Shown here one piece after another: positions 20,444 to 29,463 of a stretch of DNA of 44,870 nucleotides. The translations under genes were made by a program, and so were the position numbers. The DNA is taken from UHGV virus genome UHGV-0384602; one strand, written 5' to 3'. Each line of letters opens with the position of its first letter. Position 1 is the first letter of the stretch. The DNA is from a virus. The notes under the pieces are model-generated. The model did no database searches and had not been told where the DNA came from. It was given only the letters and a program-made list of their open reading frames with translations.

Positions 20444-20874
20444 TGTGATCTCACATACTCTTGCAGGCCATTCAATTGGTTAGTTATGGTTTCGATGCGC
20501 TCTCTGAGAACGAAATAATCCCGTTGAGCGGTGTCAGTAAGTCTGGGGCTGGCGCCATCATCCACGCCGGAGGCGGCGGTGGTTTTATGCATGTCCGGAC
20601 AGACTGCTTTGACGCGCAGCCACTTACGACCAGCAGAAACATCAGCACGAATACTTTCGATAGTCGCGTTAGCATCAGCAAGCTCCTTTGTGTATCTGGC
20701 GTCGAGTTCTGCTACATCACGTTGACGCTTCTGCATGTCAGCGATGATGTACGTGGCTTTATCGCGCTGTTCTTTATAGGTAATGGCGTTATCACGGTAA
20801 TGATTAACAGCCCATGACAGACAGACGATGATGCAGATAACCAGAGCGGAGATAATCGCGGTTAACCTGCTCAT
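20431..20874 (-). CDS. Rz: i-spanin Rz
   Basis: Begins [21 protein letters not shown] (N-terminal transmembrane helix) followed by a coiled-coil-like periplasmic domain. Directly follows the endolysin and contains Rz1 in another frame. Confidence 0.7.
   Translation of the reverse strand: MSRLTAIISALVICIIVCLSWAVNHYRDNAITYKEQRDKATYIIADMQKRQRDVAELDARYTKELADANATIESIRADVSAGRKWLRVKAVCPDMHKTTAASGVDDGASPRLTDTAQRDYFVLRERIETITNQLNGLQEYVRSQCSY
20484..20681 (-). CDS. Rz1: o-spanin Rz1 (embedded in Rz, +1 frame)
   Basis: 65-aa ORF fully inside Rz. Signal peptide with lipobox VVSGC and a proline-rich tract [16 protein letters not shown] typical of Rz1. Confidence 0.65.
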   Translation of the reverse strand: MLMLTRLSKVFVLMFLLVVSGCASKQSVRTCIKPPPPPAWMMAPAPDLLTPLNGIISFSESASKP

Positions 20875-21368
20875 TGCTGCCCCCACAAACAGACTTCACG
20901 CTCAATCTCACGGCGAGTCATCAGCCCTTTCCATTGCTTACCGCCAGCGTATGTCCAGCGACGTAGCTGGTCACATGCGCCTTTGATATCGCCCTGGTTT
21001 ATTTTGCGAAGAAGCGTCGATGTTCTGAAATTGCCAGCACCCACGTTGTAGACGAACGAGTAAAGAGCGCCGCGCGTTGTTTCCGGTATATCGACTTTGA
21101 TGTACGGGTTAATTTGTCTGGCGACCGTGGCAAGGTCTTTATTCAGGAGGGCTTTGCATTCTGCTTCGGTATACGTTTTACCGGGAATGATGTCTTTTCC
21201 TGTATGCCCGTGACATACAGTCCATACGCCAACGATATCTTTGTATGGTATGTAGCTGACACCTTCCAGACCATCGTTACCACCTGGACCAGTGATTAAC
21301 ACTGATGCTATAGCAATAGCCCCGCCACCAATAGCAGCTGCAACAGCTTTTCGTAATGATGGAGGCAT
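20871..21368 (-). CDS. R: SAR endolysin (phage 21 R-type lysozyme)
   Basis: 165-aa protein. N-terminal Gly/Ala-rich signal-anchor-release segment ([18 protein letters not shown]) and lysozyme core; closely matches phage 21 R as remembered. Confidence 0.85.
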   Translation of the reverse strand: MPPSLRKAVAAAIGGGAIAIASVLITGPGGNDGLEGVSYIPYKDIVGVWTVCHGHTGKDIIPGKTYTEAECKALLNKDLATVARQINPYIKVDIPETTRGALYSFVYNVGAGNFRTSTLLRKINQGDIKGACDQLRRWTYAGGKQWKGLMTRREIEREVCLWGQQ

Positions 21369-21564
21369 TATTCACCTCTCGCAGCCTTTCTTCTGTCTTC
21401 TCTGATTTTGAAGTACAGATTTGTCAGATAAGTCAAAAAGCCCAGAACTAGACTTCCCAGCACACCAATTGCAGCCCACTGCGTATTACCGTGAAGGAGA
21501 TCGGTGAGTAACATCGATGGAGATCGGTTCGTGTCACTTTCACAGAACCGTTTTTAAATTACCT

Positions 21565-22314
21565 TCACTGATCTCCTTCGGTCAACGGAGATTGTATTTT
21601 CCGCATTGATTCTCCTTTAAGTTCGATCTTGATACTGCCATGAACCAGTCGATCTAGGATGGCATCCGCATGTGTGGAGTCTCCGATCATTTTGTACCAG
21701 TTTTCCACCGGCAACTGGCTCACTACGATGATTGAGCCTCGTTGGTACATCAGATCCACTATTTCCAGCAGGTCGCTACGCTGTTCTGATGAGAGAGGTT
21801 CCAGCCCCCAGTCATCCAGAAGCAGCAGATCGCTATTATTCAGCCTGGTCAAAAGTTTGCTGTATCTTCCATCAGCATGCCCCTGATAGCACTGTTCCAT
21901 CAGCGCTTTAAGGCGATAATAGTAGACCTTGTATCCCTGTCGGCAGGCATTATGACCAAGTGCACATGCCAGGAACGTTTTACCGCTGCCGGTGGCCCCG
22001 GTCAGTAAAATATTTTGTTTCAGGGTTAACCAGTTTCCCTGACTGAGTGAACGGATGAGGGCCCTGTCCAGCCCTCTATTGTTACGATAATCCAGCTTTG
22101 ATAACTCAGCATTAAGTCTGAACCGTGCATGTTTGATCAGACGCTCTGCCTTCCTGTTTTCACGGCAGGTTAGTTCTTCTGCTGTCAGTAATGACAGGCG
22201 TTCTTCGAAGCCCAGCTCCTGGTATGTGCCCGGTTGAGCAAGTTGCTTTTTAAGCGCATCACGGAAGCCGGTGAGTTTAAGTGCGGTCAGTTGTTCGTAA
22301 AGATGATTCATCAT
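21565..22314 (-). CDS. istB: IS21-family helper ATPase IstB
   Basis: 249 aa with Walker A GATGSGKT and Walker B LLLLDDWG; typical IstB. Confidence 0.85.
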   Translation of the reverse strand: MMNHLYEQLTALKLTGFRDALKKQLAQPGTYQELGFEERLSLLTAEELTCRENRKAERLIKHARFRLNAELSKLDYRNNRGLDRALIRSLSQGNWLTLKQNILLTGATGSGKTFLACALGHNACRQGYKVYYYRLKALMEQCYQGHADGRYSKLLTRLNNSDLLLLDDWGLEPLSSEQRSDLLEIVDLMYQRGSIIVVSQLPVENWYKMIGDSTHADAILDRLVHGSIKIELKGESMRKIQSPLTEGDQ

Positions 22315-22325
22315 TGGATCCCGTA

Positions 22326-23867
22326 TCAGTGGTAATACTCACTGCCGCGTACGTTTTCGTGTTCCATCGTGGATAACAGATCTGGTTTTGGATCCTGAAC
22401 AGGTTGTTTATCCAGACCTTTTTCCAGGATCGATTTAATACCTGACAGACGCCATACCTTTGTTTTCAGAGCTCTTGCACATGCTGCATTAAGTCTGGCT
22501 TTACTGTATTTTTTATGAAGGTTCAGGAGTCCAAGGCAGAAGCGATAGCTTTGTTCCGGATGTGGACGAGAGTTCAGTATATGAAGCACATAACTATGAG
22601 TTTCACTGCCTATGTGCCCCGCCCATTCCAGAAGACGCTCTGGCGTCCAGGTGGCATGCTGTCGATGAGCTTCAGGCATGTGCTCGTTGCGGGTACTGTA
22701 GCCATAAGTACGCTTGCGCGGGTGCACAGCAACCTCCTGCCCCTGATTGAAGAGTCTTACCAGTTCTCCGGAGATCCATGCTTCCAGTTGCTGGCCTAAC
22801 AGCGAACATGGAACCGAGTAGTAATGTTTGTCGATTTCCACGTGGTAATCGGCATGAACTCTGACTTTCTTCACCAGGGTGTAACTGTAACTGGCTTCAG
22901 GAAGAGGCTTCAGTGCGGGTTTATCAAGCTGGATGAAGAGTTCTGCACGTGAATAACCCAACTTCTGCATTATTTTGTTATTCAGTCTTTCCAGCAACTC
23001 CCGAATGCGCTGATTAAGCGATGCAAGGCTGTAGAAGATCTCATGCCTGATTCGGGCCATGATCCAGCGTTCAACAACCTGAACGCCAACTTCAGCTTTG
23101 GCTTTATCTTTCGGTTTACGTGGCCGCGCAGGCAAAACTGCGACATTATAATGCTCAAGCATCTGCTGGTAGGTAGGGTTAACGTCAGGATCATACTTAC
23201 ATGCCCTGGATGTGGCGCTTTTCAGATTGTCCGGAACAACAAGTTCAGGAACGCCACCCAACCACTGGAAGCAGCGAACATGACTCATCACCCAGTCTTC
23301 AAGCTGCTGAGACCAGGTGGCCTCTGCCCATGTGTAACTTGATGCCCCGAGAACAGCTACGATGACCTGAGCAGTTCTTATTTCTCCGGTCTCAGGGTCG
23401 GTAACGCCAACGGTAGGTCCACAGTAATCAACGAAAAGTTTTTCGCCAGCTTTATGTACCTGACGCATTGATGGTGAAGTGGTTTTGAGCCATTCACGGT
23501 ACATCCGGCAGTAATGGTTATAGCTGTAAAAACCGCCTGGATTACGCTCACAGTATTCTTCCCAGAGTAGCTGCAGCGTCACGCATTTATTACGCAGTTC
23601 CCGGTGTACTGTAGCCCAGTCAGGCAGAGAGTGCTTCTTCATCTTAACCTGGGTCTGAAGGAACGCATGTTTTAGTTTTGTATCATCCCATCCTGTAGGT
23701 AAGGGCCACTGCTTTATGCCAAGTTGAGCCGCCCGATTAGCATATCTGGATACAACGGAAGGGGAGATTGCAAGACTACGACCAATTTGTCGATGGCTGA
23801 GTCCAACACCGTATTTAAGCCTAAGAATTTCTTTAAGTTTTCTCATAGAAATTGGAACTGTTGGCAT
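22326..23867 (-). CDS. istA: IS21-family transposase IstA
   Basis: 513 aa with N-terminal HTH and a DDE integrase-like core. Immediately upstream of istB, as in IS21-family elements. Confidence 0.85.
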   Translation of the reverse strand: MPTVPISMRKLKEILRLKYGVGLSHRQIGRSLAISPSVVSRYANRAAQLGIKQWPLPTGWDDTKLKHAFLQTQVKMKKHSLPDWATVHRELRNKCVTLQLLWEEYCERNPGGFYSYNHYCRMYREWLKTTSPSMRQVHKAGEKLFVDYCGPTVGVTDPETGEIRTAQVIVAVLGASSYTWAEATWSQQLEDWVMSHVRCFQWLGGVPELVVPDNLKSATSRACKYDPDVNPTYQQMLEHYNVAVLPARPRKPKDKAKAEVGVQVVERWIMARIRHEIFYSLASLNQRIRELLERLNNKIMQKLGYSRAELFIQLDKPALKPLPEASYSYTLVKKVRVHADYHVEIDKHYYSVPCSLLGQQLEAWISGELVRLFNQGQEVAVHPRKRTYGYSTRNEHMPEAHRQHATWTPERLLEWAGHIGSETHSYVLHILNSRPHPEQSYRFCLGLLNLHKKYSKARLNAACARALKTKVWRLSGIKSILEKGLDKQPVQDPKPDLLSTMEHENVRGSEYYH

Positions 23868-24288
23868 AGGTATCCTTTACCGGAATGGCAAAAGATACAG
23901 ATCAACACACCTGTGAAGTTCCAATAACATTGATGGAGATCACTGAATAACAAAATGAGTCAAAAGTGATCTCCATCGATGTTATTCAGCGATCTGTTCA
24001 AATGTTATTACCCGATCTCGATGGAAGTTATTGAGTGATCTCCTTTCATGAAAATACGCAGCCCACTGTGACGGACTGACCTGATCCAACCACTGTAAAA
24101 ACCAGTATCCCGCACTACCAGCGGATGTTCCGTAGGCAATGCCAGTAGAGATTTTGTCCATTGATTTCATAGCAACGCCTCCGCAAGTAACGGATTGCGT
24201 AGTTCTTATATTGGGAAGGGGAAAAAAGAAGGCCGCGGCATAACTATCACTGATGAGTTCAGGATAGCCAGTGGCTACGGCTCAGTTA

Positions 24289-24364
24289 TGGTGCTGGTTA
24301 ACGGACTTGAACCGCTACCCATTCGCTTACAAGGCGACTGCTCTACCATTGGAGCTAAACCAGC
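24289..24364 (-). tRNA. tRNA, anticodon UGU (Thr) by manual folding
   Basis: 76-nt cloverleaf on the minus strand: perfect 7-bp acceptor stem GCTGGTT/AACCAGC, D-stem GCTC/GAGC, anticodon loop CTTGTAA, T-arm AGCGG-TTCAAGT-CCGTT, discriminator A plus CCA. Not run through tRNAscan. Confidence 0.45.
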
Positions 24365-24369
24365 ATATT

Positions 24370-24444
24370 TGGCGGGACAGCGTGGACTCGAACCACGATA
24401 AGAAGGTTAACAGCCTTCCGTAATGACCTTTATACGACTGACCC
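24370..24444 (-). tRNA. tRNA-like, anticodon GUU (Asn), imperfect
   Basis: 75-nt cloverleaf: anticodon stem-loop GGAAGG-CTGTTAA-CCTTC, T-arm CGTGG-TTCGAGT-CCACG, 3' CCA. One T-T mismatch in the acceptor stem and a 3-bp D-stem. May be degenerate. Confidence 0.35.
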
Positions 24445-24535
24445 AAATAAAAAAAGCCACCGTTGCAACTTAAGAGTCACTAACGGCAGCTTATGCCAAT
24501 AGTGTTGCTCATTTGCTCAATGATGTCAACACGTT
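24445..24535 (-). promoter_or_regulatory. putative late promoter (PR-prime-like) and tR-prime-like hairpin
   Basis: TTGACA -35 hexamer (minus strand, 24529..24524) 7 nt after the Q stop, weak -10. Hairpin GCTGCCGTT..AACGGTGGC followed by T7 (about 24449-24488). Spacing is short, so weakly supported. Confidence 0.3.
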
Positions 24536-25024
24536 CTATGCTACATGTTTAATTTTCTCTACACGTTTCCGATTTTTAAACGCACTATCCAGAACCGGGT
24601 AAATCATAAACAACGAGGCATTAAGGATTTCGTCAACTTCCCGTCGACAGGTTGCGAGCGATGGTTTTTGAATGCGCCCGCCGCCACGGCATAACATCTT
24701 GCGAGGTCTTGCGACGCGATGATAGTAAGATGCAATGGCGTGCTTGGAAGAGCCATGAGCGTAGTAGCTGAGGAGGATTCCAAAGGCTTTCTTGTCAATG
24801 TACATGACGGAATCGACGACCTGAGAAATCAACATTCCATCATCATCATTACACATTGGCCTTGTCATAACTCTTCCCGGCTCTACGCTCTCCATGAACT
24901 TCGCTATTACGCTGCTCATGCGCTTTTCCAGACGACCTGAATAAACCCATGCGCCCCACAGTTCAAGCCAGCCATTCAGCCACTCATGCTGTTCTTTGGT
25001 GAGGTTTAGTTCTCTTATGCCCAC
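24536..25024 (-). CDS. Q: late-gene antiterminator Q-like protein
   Basis: 162-aa ORF in the canonical position between the nin region and the lysis genes. Cys-containing region [20 protein letters not shown]. Shorter than lambda Q, consistent with a Q21/Q82-type. Confidence 0.6.
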   Translation of the reverse strand: MGIRELNLTKEQHEWLNGWLELWGAWVYSGRLEKRMSSVIAKFMESVEPGRVMTRPMCNDDDGMLISQVVDSVMYIDKKAFGILLSYYAHGSSKHAIASYYHRVARPRKMLCRGGGRIQKPSLATCRREVDEILNASLFMIYPVLDSAFKNRKRVEKIKHVA

Positions 25025-25571
25025 GCGCCTTCTCCCTGTACCTGAATCAATGTGAGATTTCCGCAGAACACTGCCCCAGTATCGATATACATCTGGTTGG
25101 CAAATTTGAGTGGTTTCACTGCTGGCGTATGACCAAAGATAAACGTGTCCGCGCCTTTAATTTCTTTAACGATCCCGTCTTGTGAGTTGCTGATTCGTTC
25201 GCGGTTCCAGATTACCTGCTGATGATCAACTGGCTTTCCAAATTCGTATTCGTCACAAGGATAATCGGCGTGGCAGATGACATATTTTTTACCTTTGCTC
25301 ACCAGTTCGATGATTAACGGAAGTTCTTCTGCTTTATGGGCAAGAGCTTTAGCCAGAATTTCTTTGTCGTAATCGAGATTAAAGAACCAGCCACCGCCAT
25401 TAAGCAGCCAGTGATTAACGTTTCCACGCTCTGATAAGCCATCAATCATCATTTGTTGTCGAATCCAATCGTATCCAGTTTGTTCATAAGGTTCGTGTAG
25501 CATCCGTGCAGATCGCCAACCACCCAAATATTTCGGTATTTGCTGCCATCAATTCTTTCGTAGATATTCAT
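25015..25571 (-). pseudogene. lambda-type Ser/Thr protein phosphatase (NinI-like), frameshifted by internal deletion
   Basis: ATG at 25571 gives [40 protein letters not shown] then TGA. The rest ([26 protein letters not shown]...GHTPAV...) continues in another frame. The segment that in lambda carries GDLVDRG and GNHE is absent; junction lies in a repeated ACAAA. Confidence 0.65.
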
Positions 25572-26179
25572 GCAGCCTCACTTCTGCTGTTTCGCAGTTT
25601 TTTAAGTTTCTGTTGATACTCCGCCTTGATGGCCCTGCACTCTTCGACAGTCCAGCGATGGCGGTTATGGTTTGATTCGATTTCGTCTACTGCTTCCTGC
25701 CCGATGCGGTTAATCAGTTCGACGCGATACGGAACGAGATTTCCGCTTTTGTGCTGGTTGCACACCACGCATTGCTTGTGAATATTGCGTTCATCAAATC
25801 GGAGTTGAGGCGCCGCAGCAGTTGTCCGGTAATGCCCGGCATCCCACTGAGCAGACGTGAGCGTTCCGCACGAGATACATGGTAAGTCGCGGTCTCTTTC
25901 TCTGATGAAGGCGTTTACGGCTTGTTGGGCTTGTTTAATCCAGTAACTGCGGGGCTTTAAGGCGAGTTTTCGAATCTTAAGTTTATCTTTCTGTTTCTGC
26001 TCCTCTCGTCGTCGTTTCTTCTCTGCTGCCTTTTCCGCTTTTTCGCGTTCTTTGCTTCGTCGTTCGAGTGCTATCTTGGTTCCACACTCTGGAGAGCACC
26101 ACCACTGATTGGCGAATGCAGGGTGAAACCATTCCCGACATTCATCGTTTTTACATCGTCTTCGCGCTGGTTTAGCCAT
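25568..26179 (-). CDS. ninG: NinG (Rap) recombination-associated protein
   Basis: 203 aa beginning [33 protein letters not shown]; matches lambda NinG (204 aa) as remembered. Confidence 0.85.
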   Translation of the reverse strand: MAKPARRRCKNDECREWFHPAFANQWWCSPECGTKIALERRSKEREKAEKAAEKKRRREEQKQKDKLKIRKLALKPRSYWIKQAQQAVNAFIRERDRDLPCISCGTLTSAQWDAGHYRTTAAAPQLRFDERNIHKQCVVCNQHKSGNLVPYRVELINRIGQEAVDEIESNHNRHRWTVEECRAIKAEYQQKLKKLRNSRSEAA

Positions 26180-26342
26180 CGTCTTCTTCCTCGTGCATCG
26201 AGCTATTCGGATCGCTCATCAGTTCTGCGCAGCAGTGCTCACACACGTGAACTTCCAGCACATGCAGCTTCTGACCGCAGTTAGCGCACGTTAAAGCTCG
26301 CTCGACACTTCCTTGTTCGTAACTTCGATTTTGGTCAATCAC
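26172..26342 (-). CDS. ninF: NinF
   Basis: 56-codon ORF (GTG start) ..[45 protein letters not shown]; matches lambda NinF (171 nt). Stop overlaps the ninG start (ATGGCTAA). Below the ORF-track size cutoff. Confidence 0.65.
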   Translation of the reverse strand: MIDQNRSYEQGSVERALTCANCGQKLHVLEVHVCEHCCAELMSDPNSSMHEEEDDG

Positions 26343-26521
26343 CTTGTTTTCCTCGCACGTTCTCTAAGCCACCGGATATCCCACAGGTGAGCCGTGTAGT
26401 TGAAGGTTTTTACGTCAGATTCTTTTGGGATTGGCTTGCGTTTATTTCTGGAGCGCTTCGTTGGAAGGTATTTGCAGTTTTCGCAGATGATGTCGGTGAT
26501 ACTTCGTCGCTGTCGTCTCAT
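26339..26521 (-). CDS. ninE: NinE
   Basis: 60 aa [60 protein letters not shown], same length as lambda NinE (183 nt). The ORF-track entry extends upstream to a non-native start. Confidence 0.75.
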   Translation of the reverse strand: MRRQRRSITDIICENCKYLPTKRSRNKRKPIPKESDVKTFNYTAHLWDIRWLRERARKTR

Positions 26522-27045
26522 GCTGCCCTCCTGACGCCCTGCCCGATCGCCATCAATGCCGCTTTGGATACGGTAGTAAACATCCGTCGAGGACTGATGA
26601 ACGGTCGCCAAATCAGCAGCATGGAACCTTTGCTGTTTCCCTTCTTCTCCAGCCCTGTCGATGGTTCGATAAAATTAATCCGTCCATCAGTGATGATGCG
26701 AACTTCGTCAATACTCTCCAGAGCCTTGCTGAACCATCCGACAGACATATCCTCTGGCACAAGCATCACTACCGTCTGTCGCTGTTGTATGCACTGCTCA
26801 GCGGCTTTTTCCACCCACGGCCTGATATTGCTGTACGGTGGGTTATTCCAGATTGCACCGTGGCTTATCCACTCAGAATTTAGCGCGTCGTCGGCCTCAG
26901 TTAACCAGTGAGCGCACAGAGCATTTTTGTCGCTCGCTGCCGAATCCAGCCAGAATCCAAACTCAATATCCAGTGCATCAAAAAGCCAAAGCGGCGTTTA
27001 CCAGCAGTCCTTGTCGTGTGCTGGCGTATTTGATTTGATAGTCAT
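26518..27045 (-). pseudogene. phage N6-adenine DNA methyltransferase (Dam-like) with in-frame TAA after codon 15
   Basis: ATG at 27045 gives MTIKSNTPAHDKDCW, then TAA (26998-27000), then the same frame continues TPLWLFDALDIEFGFWLDSAASDKNALCAHWLTEADDALNSEWISHGAIWNNPPYSNIRPW... to 26518. NPPY is the N6-adenine methyltransferase catalytic motif. No ATG between the stop and the motif. Confidence 0.55.
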
Positions 27046-27482
27046 GCAGCCCGATCTCCCCATCGCGCTTTCCATTCGAGAGCTAGTCGCGCTTCGTCTG
27101 ACCACTTAACGCCACGCTCTGTACCGAATGCCTGTATAAGCTCTAATAGCTCCGCAAATTCGCTTACACGCATCCTGCTGGTTGACTGGCCTATTACCAC
27201 AAAGCCATTCCCGGCAAGGTTAGGAACAACGTCCTGCTGCTTTAATGCTGCTGTAAAAACGCACTTCCAGCTTTCTGCATCCAGCCAGCGACCATGCCAT
27301 TCAACCTGACGAGAGACGTCACCAAGGCAAGCCCAAAGCTTTCGATTCTGGTCTAAGCTGCGGTTGCGTTCCTGAATAGTTACTACGATTGGTTTGGTTG
27401 GGTCTGGAAGGATTTGCTGTACTGCGTGAATAGCGTTCTGCTGATGTGCTGGAGATCGAATTTCAAAGGTTAGTTTTTTCAT
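27042..27482 (-). CDS. ninB: NinB recombination protein
   Basis: 146 aa MKKLTFEIRSPAHQQNAIHAVQQILPDPTKPIVVTIQERNRSLDQNRKLWACLGDV...; matches lambda NinB (441 nt) as remembered. Confidence 0.85.
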   Translation of the reverse strand: MKKLTFEIRSPAHQQNAIHAVQQILPDPTKPIVVTIQERNRSLDQNRKLWACLGDVSRQVEWHGRWLDAESWKCVFTAALKQQDVVPNLAGNGFVVIGQSTSRMRVSEFAELLELIQAFGTERGVKWSDEARLALEWKARWGDRAA

Positions 27483-27502
27483 GACTTCCCTCTCCCCCAA
27501 AT

Positions 27503-27531
27503 AAAAAGGCCTGCGATTACCAGCAGGCCTG
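27503..27531 (-). terminator. tR2-like rho-independent terminator between ren and ninB
   Basis: Minus-strand hairpin AGGCCTGC-TGGTAATC-GCAGGCCT followed by TTTTTATTT. Same position as lambda tR2. Confidence 0.4.
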
Positions 27532-27562
27532 TTATTAGCTCAGTGATGTAGATGGTCATCTT

Positions 27563-27835
27563 TTAACTCCATATACCGCCAATACCCGTTTCATCGCGGC
27601 ACTCCTTAAAAATTAGGTTCGTGCTCATCTTTCCTTCCCGTTCTTCCTTGGTAGCAAACCGGTAATACACCGTTCGCCAGACCTTACCTTCGATAACCAG
27701 AAGACCTGCCCGTGCCATTTTAGCCGCGGCCTGATTTATGCTGGTTACTGTTGCGCCTGTTAGCGCGGCAACGTCCGGCGCACAGAAGCTATTATGCGTC
27801 CCCAGGTAATGAATAATTGCCTCTTTGCCCGTCAT
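27563..27835 (-). CDS. ren: Ren
   Basis: 90 aa MTGKEAIIHYLGTHNSFCAPDVAALTGATVTSINQAAAKMARAGLLVIEGKVWRTVYYRFATKEEREGKMSTNL...; matches lambda Ren over most of its length, C-terminus differs. Confidence 0.8.
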   Translation of the reverse strand: MTGKEAIIHYLGTHNSFCAPDVAALTGATVTSINQAAAKMARAGLLVIEGKVWRTVYYRFATKEEREGKMSTNLIFKECRDETGIGGIWS

Positions 27836-28533
27836 ACACTTGCTCCTTTCAGTCCGAACTTAGCTTTGAGTTCTGCGATCTTCGCCAGAGCCTGTGCACG
27901 ATTTAGAGGTCTACCGCCCATAACAGGAAGTTGTTTTACTGGTTCAGGTATCGTCTCACCACGGTTAATTCGCGCTGTCATACAGGTCAGTTCATCGGCA
28001 GCCTTGCGCCGTAATTCCGCGTCAGTCAGCGCATTGGCCCGCATGTTCTGGTACAAGTTGGTAACCAACCAGTAATGCGCGTTCGATTTCCACGGATAAG
28101 ACTCTGCATCCGGATACAGGCCACGCTTCCGGCAATACTCGTAAACCATATCAACCAGCTCGCTGACGTTTGGCAGCCCGGCGTTAACGGATGCTTCTTC
28201 CCGGCACCAGGCGACAAACTGCCCGGGTGATGGCAGGAATGGTCGATTCTGCCGACGGGCTACGCGCATTCCTGCGTTAACCTGTTCCATTGTGGTGATC
28301 CCGTTTTCCCGGAAAGCCAGAACCCACTGGCGGCGGATTTCGTTCAGTTCATTCTGGTCACGGTTAGCCAGGCTCGCCGGGAAAGTTGCCAGTAACTGGC
28401 TGAACACACCGTTGATGATCTGCGCTACCTGCTGTACCTGCGGCTTTTCGTCGTACTGTTCCGGCATGTTGTTGGCGATCCGACGCATCTGCTCACGGTC
28501 AAAGTTAACCATCTGTGCGGCGATGTTTTTCAT
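27832..28533 (-). CDS. P: replication protein P (DnaB loader)
   Basis: 233 aa MKNIAAQMVNFDREQMRRIANNMPEQYDEKPQVQQVAQIINGVFSQLLATFPASLANRDQNE...; essentially lambda P (233 aa). Confidence 0.9.
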   Translation of the reverse strand: MKNIAAQMVNFDREQMRRIANNMPEQYDEKPQVQQVAQIINGVFSQLLATFPASLANRDQNELNEIRRQWVLAFRENGITTMEQVNAGMRVARRQNRPFLPSPGQFVAWCREEASVNAGLPNVSELVDMVYEYCRKRGLYPDAESYPWKSNAHYWLVTNLYQNMRANALTDAELRRKAADELTCMTARINRGETIPEPVKQLPVMGGRPLNRAQALAKIAELKAKFGLKGASV

Positions 28534-29429
28534 AAATCCACCCCGTAAATCCAGTCAGTGTTTGTCAGGTCGAGTTTTGGTTTGCTGGCTATCATGCCTG
28601 CCTGTTGCTTGTTACGGTTGATTTCGAGCTGGGTCCACTTGTCGCGGAGTTTGGCCGGACTCAGCACGTTACCGGACCAGAAGTTGTCCTGGCATGCCCA
28701 GCGGAACAGTACACACATATCGCGGTGGTTACGTCCGTCACGTTCACGCATCAGGCGGATATCGTTAGCCCACCCTGCAAAATTCGGTTTTCTGGCTGAT
28801 GGCGCGATGGTCTTCACCATGTCAAACATCCACTCTGCGGCGGTCAGGTCTTCTGCTGTCCCCCACTTGCTGCCGCTCTGAATTGCAGCATCCGGTTTCA
28901 CCACAGGAAGATCGTTTTCTGGCTGGTCAGAGGATTCGCCAGAATTCTCGGACGAATAATCTTTTCTTTTTTCTTTTGTAATAGTGTCTTTTGTGTCCCT
29001 CTGTTTTGAGGGATAGCAATCCCCCAATTTGAGGGATGTTTTATCCCTCGTTTTAGGGGATTTTCCCTCGTTTTGAGGGATACACCATTCTGAGATGTTT
29101 TTATTTGGTCCAAACATGCCGCCTTGCTGCTTGATAATATTCATTCTGACGAGTTCTAACTTGGCTTCATTGCACCGTTTGACAGGTAACTTTGTAATCT
29201 CGCTAAGTTGAGAATCGGTGATTCTGTCCATTGGTTTATTCCACCCATAGGTTTTACGCAGAATGGCAAGCAGCACTTTAAACTGTCGCTTGGTCAGATC
29301 TGCGCCTGAATAAGCCTCAAGCAGCATATTTGATAGTCTGGCGTAACCATCATCGAGATCTGCCACATTACGCTCCTGTCCGGCAAAGTTACCTCTGCCG
29401 AAGTTGAGTATTTTTGCTGTATTTGTCAT
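28530..29429 (-). CDS. O: replication initiator O
   Basis: 299 aa from MTNTAKILNFGRGNFAGQERNVADLDDGYARLSNMLLEAYSGADLTKRQFK...; essentially lambda O. The ORF-track entry starts at an upstream non-native Met. Confidence 0.9.
   Translation of the reverse strand: MTNTAKILNFGRGNFAGQERNVADLDDGYARLSNMLLEAYSGADLTKRQFKVLLAILRKTYGWNKPMDRITDSQLSEITKLPVKRCNEAKLELVRMNIIKQQGGMFGPNKNISEWCIPQNEGKSPKTRDKTSLKLGDCYPSKQRDTKDTITKEKRKDYSSENSGESSDQPENDLPVVKPDAAIQSGSKWGTAEDLTAAEWMFDMVKTIAPSARKPNFAGWANDIRLMRERDGRNHRDMCVLFRWACQDNFWSGNVLSPAKLRDKWTQLEINRNKQQAGMIASKPKLDLTNTDWIYGVDL
28990..29145. repeat. lambda-type replication origin inside O (four iterons plus AT-rich region)
   Basis: Four repeats of the form TCCCTC..TTTTGAGGGA (TGTCCCTCTGTTTTGAGGGA, AATCCCCCAATTTGAGGGA, TATCCCTCGTTTTAGGGGA, TTCCCTCGTTTTGAGGGA) followed by the AT-rich stretch GATGTTTTTATTTGGTCCAAACATG. 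Confidence 0.7.
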
Positions 29430-29463
29430 AATGACTCCTGTGGATTGATCCAGTCTTTCTACA

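Larger units (their letters stand above)
21480..24060 (-). mobile_element. IS21-family insertion sequence (istA-istB), about 2.58 kb
   Basis: Contains istA and istB. Terminal inverted repeats TGCGTATTACCGTGAAGGAGATC (left) versus TGCGTATTTTCATGAAAGGAGATC (right, reverse complement). Multiple subterminal GATCTCC/CATCGA repeats. The 11-mer GCAGCCCACTG occurs on both flanks (21471-21481 and 24059-24069). Boundaries +/- 5 bp. Confidence 0.8.
21368..24170 (-). pseudogene. S: class II pinholin (S21-type) interrupted by an IS21-family element
   Basis: N-terminal 38 codons at 24170..24057 ([38 protein letters not shown], dual start Met1/Met4, RBS GGAGG). C-terminal part at 21479..21368 (..[33 protein letters not shown], stop overlapping R start). 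The halves together match phage 21 S as remembered. Confidence 0.75.

Noticed and set aside
24195-24288. Possible third tRNA next to the two tRNA-like genes
   Set aside because: No acceptor stem, T-loop (TTCRANT) or anticodon stem could be folded by hand; only a short GC palindrome plus T-run is present.
26387-26911. 174-aa plus-strand ORF
   Set aside because: Antisense to ninE and the Dam-like gene, whose minus-strand reading frames match known lambdoid proteins; no RBS or known homologue recognised.
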